Assembly (NCBI GenBank): GCA_964057225.1 | Contig: OZ059896.1 | Span: 20,708,001 to 20,772,000 of the forward strand | Direction: 5' to 3' | DNA length: 64,000 nucleotides | Source: Auanema rhodensis | Lineage: Eukaryota > Animalia > Nematoda | Translations under genes and position numbers: made by a program | The notes under the pieces: generated by a model | What the model was told of the DNA's origin: nothing | The model's input: only the letters and a program-made list of their open reading frames with translations | Database searches by the model: none | Shown here: piece by piece, positions 53,671 to 64,000 of the stretch | How positions within the stretch are numbered: the first letter of the stretch is position 1 | Layout of the letters: every line of letters starts with the position of its first letter

Positions 53671-56600
53671 ACATTGCTTCCAAAAACATTTTGACAAAAA
53701 TTTTTTCGAAAAATTTCGAAATAATTTAGCAAAAAGTGGATGTTTTTAGATTCCTTTTTTCAAGGCAAAGACGATGGACAATGTTATTCAACGGAAAATT
53801 AATTCTTCAGGGTGAAAATCGAGGATATAAGTGTGCACTTATATCAGTTGATATCTTGGTGCATTTTTAAGCTAGCGCAAATCTGATAACACAGATCGAC
53901 GCAGCTTAAAAATCCGCATCGAATGCACTATACTACATTGAGAAACGCTTGATACAAAAATTAGTTATGATCGTTTGAAAAATGATGCCTTAGTGTATGT
54001 TGAGTTTCCATGTACACTCAACATTGCTTCCAAAAACATTTTGACAAAAATTTTTTCGAAAAATTTTAAAATAATTTAGCAAAATATAGATGTTTTTAGA
54101 TTTCTTTTTTCAAGGCAAAGACGTTGGACAATGTTATTCAACGAAAAAATTAATTCTTCAGGGTGAAAATCGAGGATATAAGTGTGAACTTATATCAGTT
54201 GATATCTCGGTGCATTTTTAAGCTAGCGCAAATCTGATAACACAGATCGACGCAGCTTAAAAATCCGCATCGAATGCACTATACTACATTGAGAAACGCT
54301 TGATACAAAAATTAGTTATGATCGTTTGAAAAATGATGCATTAGTGTATGTTGAGTTTCCATGTACACTCAACATTGCTTCCAAAAACATTTTGACAAAA
54401 ATTTTTTCGAAAAATTTCAAAATAATTTAGCAAAAAGTAGATGTTTTTAGATTCCATTTTTCAAGGCAAAGACGATAGACAATGTTATTCAACGAAAAAA
54501 TTAATTCTTCAGGGTGAAAATCGAGGATATAAGTGTGAACTTATATCAGTTGATATCTCGGTGCATTTTTAAGCTAGCGCAAATCTGATAACACAGATCG
54601 ACGCAGCTTAAAAATCCGCATCGAATGCACTATACCACATTGAGAAACGCTTGATACAAAAATTAGTTATGATCGTTTGAAAAATGATGCATTAGTGTAT
54701 GTTGAGTTTCCATGTACACTCAACATTGCTTCCAAAAACATTTTGACAAAAATTTTTTCGAAAAATTTCAAAATAATTTAGCAAAAAGTAGATGTTTTTA
54801 GATTCCATTTTTCAAGGCAAAGACGATAGACAATGTTATTCAACGAAAAAATTAATTCTTCAGTGTGAAAATCGAGGATATAAGTGTGAACTTATATCAG
54901 TTGATATCTCGGTGCATTTTCAAGCTAGCGCAAATCTGATAACACAGATCGACGCAGCTTAAAAATCCGCATCGAATGCACTATACTACATTGAGAAACG
55001 CTTGATACACAAATTAGTTATGATCGTTTGAAAAATGATGCATTAGTGTATGTTGAGTTTCCATGTACACTCAACATTGCTTCCAAAAACAGTTTGACAA
55101 AAATTTTTTCGAAAAATTTCAAAATAATTTAGCAAAAAGTAGATGTTTTTAGATTTCTTTTTTCAAGGCAAAGACGATGGACAATGTTATTCAACGAAAA
55201 AATTAATTCTTCAGGGTGAAAATCGAGGATATAAGTGTGAACTTATATCAGTTGATATCTCGGTGCATTTTTAAGCTAGCGCAAATCTGATAACACAGAT
55301 CGACGCAGCTTAAAAATCCGCATCGAATGCACTATACTACATTGAGAAACGCTTGATACAAAAATTAGTTATGATCGTTTGAAAAATGATGCATTAGTGT
55401 ATGTTGAGTTTCCATGTACACTCAACATTGCTTCCAAAAACATTTTGACAAAAATTTTTTCGAAAAATTTCAAAATAATTTAGCAAAAAGTAGATGTTTT
55501 TAGATTCCATTTTTCAAGGCAAAGACGATAGACAATGTTATTCAACGAAAAAATTAATTCTTCAGGGTGAAAATCGAGGATATAAGTGTGAACTTATATC
55601 AGTTGATATCTCGGTGCATTTTTAAGCTAGCGCAAATCTGATAACACAGATCGACGCAGCTTAAAAATCCGCATCGAATGCACTATACTACATTGAGAAA
55701 CGCTTAATACACAAATTAGTTATGATCGTTTGAAAAATGATGCATTAGTGTATGTTGAGTTTCCATGTACACTCAACATTGCTTCCAAAAACAGTTTGAC
55801 AAAAATTTTTTCGAAAAATTTCAAAATAATTTAGCAAAAAGTAGATGTTTTTAGATTTCTTTTTTCAAGGCAAAGACGATGGACAATGTTATTCAACGAA
55901 AAAATTAATTCTTCAGGGTGAAAATCGAGGATATAAGTGTGAACTTATATCAGTTGATATCTCGGTGCATTTTTAAGCTAGCGCAAATCTGATAACACAG
56001 ATCGACGCAGCTTAAAAATCCGCATCGAATGCACTATACTACATTGAGAAACGCTTGATACAAAAATTAGTTATGATCGTTTGAAAAATGATGCATTAGT
56101 GTATGTTGAGTTTCCATGTACACTCAACATTGCTTCCAAAAACATTTTGACAAAAATTTTTTCGAAAAATTTCAAAATAATTTAGCAAAAAGTAGATGTT
56201 TTTAGATTCCATTTTTCAAGGCAAAGACGATAGACAATGTTATTCAACGAAAAAATTAATTCTTCAGGGTGAAAATCGAGGATATAAGTGTGAACTTATA
56301 TCAGTTGATATCTCGGTGCATTTTCAAGCTAGCGCAAATCTGATAACACAGATCGACGCAGCTTAAAAATCCGCATCGAATGCACTATACTACATTGAGA
56401 AACGCTTGATACAAAAACTAGTTATGATCGTTTGAAAAATGATGCATTAGTGTATGTTGAGTTTCCATGTACACTCAACATTGCTTCCAAAAACATTTTG
56501 ACAAAAATTTTTTCGAAAAATTTCAAAATAATTTAGCAAAAAGTAGATGTTTTTAGATTTCTTTTTTCAAGGCAAAGACGATGGACAATGTTATTCAACG

Positions 56601-57199
56601 AAAAAATTAATTCTTCAGGGTGAAAATCGAGGATATAAGTGTGAACTTATATCAGTTGATATCTCGGTGCATTTCTAAGCTAGCGCAAATCTGATAACAC
56701 AGATCGACGCAGCTTAAAAATCCGCATCGAATGCACTATACTACATTGAGAAACGCTTGATACAAAAATTAGTTATGATCGTTTGAAAAATGATGCATTA
56801 GTGTATGTTGAGTTTCCATGTACACTCAACATTGCTTCCAAAAACATTTTGACAAAAATTTTTTCGAAAAATTTCAAAATAATTTAGCAAAAAGTAGATG
56901 TTTTTAGATTTCTTTTTTCAAGGCAAAGACGATGGACAATGTTATTCAACGAAAAAATTAATTCTTCAGGGTGAAAATCGAGGATATAAGTGTGAACTTA
57001 TATCAGTTGATATCTCGGTGCATTTCTAAGCTAGCGCAAATCTGATAACACAGATCGACGCAGCTTAAAAATCCGCATCGAATGCACTATACTACATTGA
57101 GAAACGCTTGATACAAAAATTAGTTATGATCGTTTGAAAAATGATGCATTAGTGTATGTTGAGTTTCCATGTACACTCAACATTGCTTCCAAAAACATT

Positions 57200-59870
57200 T
57201 TGACAAAAATTTTTTCGAAAAATTTCAAAATAATTTAGCAAAAAGTAGATGTTTTTAGATTCCATTTTTCAAGGCAAAGACGATAGACAATGTTATTCAA
57301 CGAAAAAATTAATTCTTCAGGGTGAAAATCGAGGATATAAGTGTGAACTTATATCAGTTGATATCTCGGTGCATTTTCAAGCTAGCGCAAATCTGATAAC
57401 ACAGATCGACGCAGCTTAAAAATCCGCATCGAATGCACTATACTACATTGAGAAACGCTTGATACACAAATTAGTTATGATCGTTTGAAAAATGATGCAT
57501 TAGTGTATGTTGAGTTTCCATGTACACTCAACATTGCTTCCAAAAACAGTTTGACAAAAATTTTTTCGAAAAATTTCAAAATAATTTAGCAAAAAGTAGA
57601 TGTTTTTAGATTTCTTTTTTCAAGGCAAACACGATGGACAATGTTATTCAACGAAAAAATTAATTCTTCAGGGTGAAAATCGAGGATATAAGTGTGAACT
57701 TATATCAGTTGATATCTCGGTGCATTTTTAAGCTAGCGCAAATCTGATAACACAGATCGACGCAGCTTAAAAATCCGCATCGAATGCACTATACTACATT
57801 GAGAAACGCTTGATACAAAAATTAGTTATGATCGTTTGAAAAATGATGCATTAGTGTATGTTGAGTTTCCATGTACACTCAACATTGCTTCCAAAAACAT
57901 TTTGACAAAAATTTTTTCGAAAAATTTCAAAATAATTTAGCAAAAAGTAGATGTTTTTAGATTCCATTTTTCAAGGCAAAGACGATAGACAATGTTATTC
58001 AACGAAAAAATTAATTCTTCAGGGTGAAAATCGAGGATATAAGTGTGAACTTATATCAGTTGATATCTCGGTGCATTTTCAAGCTAGCGCAAATCTGATA
58101 ACACAGATCGACGCAGCTTAAAAATCCGCATCGAATGCACTATACTACATTGAGAAACGCTTGATACACAAATTAGTTATGATCGTTTGAAAAATGATGC
58201 ATTAGTGTATGTTGAGTTTCCATGTACACTCAACATTGCTTCCAAAAACAGTTTGACAAAAATTTTTTCGAAAAATTTCAAAATAATTTAGCAAAAAGTA
58301 GATGTTTTTAGATTTCTTTTTTCAAGGCAAAGACGATGGACAATGTTATTCAACGAAAAAATTAATTCTTCAGGGTGAAAATCGAGGATATAAGTGTGAA
58401 CTTATATCAGTTGATATCTCGGTGCATTTTTAAGCTAGCGCAAATCTGATAACACAGATCGACGCAGCTTAAAAATCCGCATCGAATGCACTATACTACA
58501 TTGAGAAACGCTTGATACAAAAATTAGTTATGATCGTTTGAAAAATGATGCATTAGTGTATGTTGAGTTTCCATGTACACTCAACATTGCTTCCAAAAAC
58601 ATTTTGACAAAAATTTTTTCGAAAAATTTCAAAATAATTTAGCAAAGAGTAGATGTTTTTAGATTCCATTTTTCAAGGCAAAGACGATAGACAATGTTAT
58701 TCAACGAAAAAATTAATTCTTCAGGGTGAAAATCGAGGATATAAGTGTGAACTTATATCAGTTGATATCTCGGTGCATTTTCAAGCTAGCGCAAATCTGA
58801 TAACACAGATCGACGCAGCTTAAAAATCCGCATCGAATGCACTATACTACATTGAGAAACGCTTGATACACAAATTAGTTATGATCGTTTGAAAAATGAT
58901 GCATTAGTGTATGTTGAGTTTCCATGTACACTCAACATTGCTTCCAAAAACAGTTTGACAAAAATTTTTTCGAAAAATTTCAAAATAATTTAGCAAAAAG
59001 TAGATGTTTTTAGATTTCTTTTTTCAAGGCAAAGACGATGGACAATGTTATTCAACGAAAAAATTAATTCTTCAGGGTGAAAATCGAGGATATAAGTGTG
59101 AACTTATATCAGTTGATATCTCGGTGCATTTTTAAGCTAGCGCAAATCTGATAACACAGATCGACGCAGCTTAAAAATCCGCATCGAATGCACTATACTA
59201 CATTGAGAAACGCTTGATACAAAAATTAGTTATGATCGTTTGAAAAATGATGCATTAGTGTATGTTGAGTTTCCATGTACACTCAACATTGCTTCCAAAA
59301 ACATTTTGACAAAAATTGTTTCGAAAAATTTCAAAATAATTTAGCAAAAAGTAGATGTTTTTAGATTCCATTTTTCAAGGCAAAGACGATAGACAATGTT
59401 ATTCAACGAAAAAATTAATTCTTCAGGGTGAAAATCGAGGATATAAGTGTGAACTTATATCAGTTGATATCTCGGTGCATTTTTAAGCTAGCGCAAATCT
59501 GATAACACAGATCGACGCAGCTTAAAAATCCGCATCGAATGCACTATACTACATTGAGAAACGCTTGATACAAAAATTAGTTATGATCGTTTGAAAAATG
59601 ATGCATTAGTGTATGTTGAGTTTCCATGTACACTCAACATTGCTTCCAAAAACAGTTTGACAAAAATTTTTTCGAAAAATTTCAAAATAATTTAGCAAAA
59701 AGTAGATGTTTTTAGATTTCTTTTTTCAAGGCAAAGACGATGGACAATGTTATTCAACGAAAAAATTAATTCTTCAGGGTGAAAATCGAGGATATAAGTG
59801 TGAACTTATATCAGTTGATATCTCGGTGCATTTTTAAGCTAGCGCAAATCTGATAACACAGATCGACGCA
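57200..59870. repeat. Dimeric (702-bp) alternation of two monomer types
   Basis: The CAGTTTG variant (G at 57549, 58251, 58953, 59655), linked to TTTCTTT/ATGG, alternates with CCAT/ATAG monomers. Confidence 0.82.
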
Positions 59871-60199
59871 GCTTAAAAATCCGCATCGAATGCACTATAC
59901 TACATCAAGAAACGCTTGATACAAAAATTAGTTATGATCGTTTGAAAAATGATGCATTAGTGTATGTTGAGTTTCCATGTACACTCAACATTGCTTCCAA
60001 AAACATTTTGACAAAAATTTTTTCGAAAAATTTCAAAATAATTTAGCAAGAAGTAGATGTTTTTAGATTTCTTTTTTCAAGGCAAAGACGATGGACAATG
60101 TAATTCAACGAAAAAATTAATTCTTCAGGGTGAAAATCGAGGATATAAGTGTGAACTTATATCAGTTGATATCTCGGTGCATTTTCAAGCTAGCGCAAA

Positions 60200-63100
60200 T
60201 CTGATAACACAGATAGACGCAGCTTAAAAATCCGCATCGAATGCACTATACTACATTGAGAAACGCTTGATACAAAAATTAGTTATGATCGTTTGAAAAA
60301 TGATGCATTAGTGTATGTTGAGTTTCCATGTACACTCAACATTGCTTCCAAAAACATTTTGACAAAAATTTTTTCGAAAAATTTCAAAATAATTTAGCAA
60401 AAAGTAGATGTTTTTAGATTCCATTTTTCAAGGCAAAGACGATAGACAATGTTATTCAACGAAAAAATTAATTCTTCAGGGTGAAAATCGAGGATATAAG
60501 TGTGAACTTATATCAGTTGATATCTCGGTGCATTTTCAAGCTAGCGCAAATCTGATAACACAGATCGACGCAGCTTAAAAATCCGCATCGAATGCACTAT
60601 ACTACATTGAGAAACGCTTGATACACAAATTAGTTATGATCGTTTGAAAAATGATGCATTAGTGTATGTTGAGTTTCCATGTACACTCAACATTGCTTCC
60701 AAAAACAGTTTGACAAAAATTTTTTCGAAAAATTTCAAAATAATTTAGCAAAAAGTAGATGTTTTTAGATTTCTTTTTTCAAGGCAAAGACGATGGACAA
60801 TGTTATTCAACGAAAAAATTAATTCTTCAGGGTGAAAATCGAGGATATAAGTGTGAACTTATATCAGTTGATATCTCGGTGCATTTTTAAGCTAGCGCAA
60901 ATCTGATAACACAGATCGACGCAGCTTAAAAATCCGCATCGAATGCACTATACTACATCAAGAAACGCTTGATACAAAAATTAGTTATGATCGTTTGAAA
61001 AATGATGCATTAGTGTATGTTGAGTTTCCATGTACACTCAACATTGCTTCCAAAAACATTTTGACAAAAATTTTTTCGAAAAATTTCAAAATAATTTAGC
61101 AAGAAGTAGATGTTCTTAGATTTCTTTTTTCAAGGCAAAGACGATGGACAATGTAATTCAACGAAAAAATTAATTCTTCAGGGTGAAAATCGAGGATATA
61201 AGTGTGAACTTATATCAGTTGATATCTCGGTGCATTTTTAAGCTAGCGCAAATCTGATAACACAGATAGACGCAGCTTAAAAATCCGCATCGAATGCACT
61301 ATACTACATTGAGAAACGCTTGATACAAAAATTAGTTATGATCGTTTGAAAAATGATGCATTAGTGTATGTTGAGTTTCCATGTACACTCAACATTGCTT
61401 CCAAAAACATTTTGACAAAAATTTTTTCGAAAAATTTCAAAATAATTTAGCAAAAAGTAGATGTTTTTAGATTCCATTTTTCAAGGCAAAGACGATAGAC
61501 AATGTTATTCAATGAAAAAATTAATTCTTCAGGGTGAAAATCGAGGATATAAGTGTGAACTTATATCAGTTGATATCTCGGTGCATTTTCAAGCTAGCGC
61601 AAATCTGATAACACAGATCGACGCAGCTTAAAAATCCGCATCGAATGCACTATACTACATTGAGAAACGCTTGATACAAAAATTAGTTATGATCGTTTGA
61701 AAAATGATGCATTAGTGTATGTTGAGTTTCCATGTACACTCAACATTGCTTCCAAAAACAGTTTGACAAAAATTTTTTCGAAAAATTTCAAAATAATTTA
61801 GCAAAAAGTAGATGTTTTTAGATTTCTTTTTTCAAGGCAAAGACGATGGACAATGTTATTCAACGAAAAAATTAATTCTTCAGGGTGAAAATCGAGGATA
61901 TAAGTGTGAACTTATATCAGTTGATATCTCGGTGCATTTTTAAGCTAGCGCAAATCTGATAACACAGATCGACGCAGCTTAAAAATCCGCATCGAATGCA
62001 CTATACTACATTGAGAAACGCTTGATACAAAAATTAGTTATGATCGTTTGAAAAATGATGCATTAGTGTATGTTGAGTTTCCATGTACACTCAACATTGC
62101 TTCCAAAAACATTTTGACAAAAATTTTTTCGAAAAATTTCAAAATAATTTAGCAAAGAGTAGATGTTTTTAGATTCCATTTTTCAAGGCAAAGACGATAG
62201 ACAATGTTATTCAACGAAAAAATTAATTCTTCAGGGTGAAAATCGAGGATATAAGTGTGAACTTATATCAGTTGATATCTCGTTGCATTTTCAAGCTAGC
62301 GCAAATCTGATAACACAGATCGACGCAGCTTAAAAATCCGCATCGAATGCACTATACTACATTGAGAAACGCTTGATACAAAAATTAGTTATGATCGTTT
62401 GAAAAATGATGCATTAGTGTATGTTGAGTTTCCATGTACACTCAACATTGCTTCCAAAAACATTTTGACAAAAATTTTTTCGAAAAATTTCAAAATAATT
62501 TAGCAAAAAGTAGATGTTTTTAGATTCCATTTTTCAAGGCAAAGACGATAGACAATGTTATTCAACGAAAAAATTAATTCTTCAGGGTGAAAATCGAGGA
62601 TATAAGTGTGAACTTATATCAGTTGATATCTCGGTGCATTTTCAAGCTAGCGCAAATCTGATAACACAGATCGACGCAGCTTAAAAATCCGCATCGAATG
62701 CACTATACTACATTGAGAAACGCTTGATACACAAATTAGTTATGATCGTTTGAAAAATGATGCATTAGTGTATGTTGAGTTTCCATGTACACTCAACATT
62801 GCTTCCAAAAACAGTTTGACAAAAATTTTTTCGAAAAATTTCAAAATAATTTAGCAAAAAGTAGATGTTTTTAGATTTCTTTTTTCAAGGCAAAGACGAT
62901 GGACAATGTTATTCAACGAAAAAATTAATTCTTCAGGGTGAAAATCGAGGATATAAGTGTGAACTTATATCAGTTGATATCTCGGTGCATTTTTAAGCTA
63001 GCGCAAATCTGATAACACAGATCGACGCAGCTTAAAAATCCGCATCGAATGCACTATACTACATCAAGAAACGCTTGATACAAAAATTAGTTATGATCGT

Positions 63101-64000
63101 TTGAAAAATGATGCATTAGTGTATGTTGAGTTTCCATGTACACTCAACATTGCTTCCAAAAACATTTTGACAAAAATTTTTTCGAAAAATTTCAAAATAA
63201 TTTAGCAAGAAGTAGATGTTCTTAGATTTCTTTTTTCAAGGCAAAGACGATGGACAATGTAATTCAACGAAAAAATTAATTCTTCAGGGTGAAAATCGAG
63301 GATATAAGTGTGAACTTATATCAGTTGATATCTCGGTGCATTTTTAAGCTAGCGCAAATCTGATAACACAGATAGACGCAGCTTAAAAATCCGCATCGAA
63401 TGCACTATACTACATTGAGAAACGCTTGATACAAAAATTAGTTATGATCGTTTGAAAAATGATGCATTAGTGTATGTTGAGTTTCCATGTACACTCAACA
63501 TTGCTTCCAAAAACATTTTGACAAAAATTTTTTCGAAAAATTTCAAAATAATTTAGCAAAAAGTAGATGTTTTTAGATTCCATTTTTCAAGGCAAAGACG
63601 ATAGACAATGTTATTCAATGAAAAAATTAATTCTTCAGGGTGAAAATCGAGGATATAAGTGTGAACTTATATCAGTTGATATCTCGGTGCATTTTCAAGC
63701 TAGCGCAAATCTGATAACACAGATCGACGCAGCTTAAAAATCCGCATCGAATGCACTATACTACATTGAGAAACGCTTGATACAAAAATTAGTTATGATC
63801 GTTTGAAAAATGATGCATTAGTGTATGTTGAGTTTCCATGTACACTCAACATTGCTTCCAAAAACAGTTTGACAAAAATTTTTTCGAAAAATTTCAAAAT
63901 AATTTAGCAAAAAGTAGATGTTTTTAGATTTCTTTTTTCAAGGCAAAGACGATGGACAATGTTATTCAACGAAAAAATTAATTCTTCAGGGTGAAAATCG
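60200..64000. repeat. 6-monomer higher-order repeat (2106 bp), about 2 copies, truncated by window end
   Basis: TGTTCTTAG (C at 61115/63221), CAATGAAAA (T at 61513/63619) and GATAGACGC (61265/63371) recur at +2106 = 6x351. Confidence 0.85.

Larger units (their letters stand above)
1..64000. repeat. Tandem satellite DNA array, 351-bp monomer (350/352-bp variants), about 182-183 head-to-tail copies, running off both window ends
   Basis: GCAGCTTAAAAATC recurs at 1, 352, 703 and onward to the end of the window with a 351-bp period; I saw no intervening unique sequence or inversion. About 110/351 G+C in the consensus. Confidence 0.99.

Noticed and set aside
1-64000. CRISPR array
   Set aside because: Short palindromes recur regularly, but the intervening sequence is also repeated; there are no unique spacers and no cas genes.
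1-64000. Pure assembly artefact (one sequence expanded)
   Set aside because: Monomers carry structured, position-dependent variants and private mutations consistent with a real evolving array, although individual duplications still need read support.

Overview
The whole 64-kb window is one uninterrupted head-to-tail tandem array of an AT-rich monomer (about 31% GC by hand count) of 351 bp, in about 182-183 copies, all in the same orientation. Copies typically differ at only a handful of positions. I see no genes, RNA genes, transposons or unique sequence; this is eukaryotic-type satellite DNA, plausibly (peri)centromeric heterochromatin. I cannot assign the species or a named satellite family. 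Structure at finer scales: (i) each monomer carries several inverted repeats, including a 67-nt hairpin with an 11-bp perfect core; (ii) shared variants reveal local higher-order repeats of 2, 5, 6, 8 and 11 monomers; (iii) a variant-domain boundary lies at about 42.1-43.6 kb; (iv) a single 133-bp deletion at 53660/53661 has both breakpoints inside hairpins and is followed by an unusually diverged island. The one supplied ORF is an artefact of a single stop-removing substitution. I found no evidence of a novel protein-coding system.
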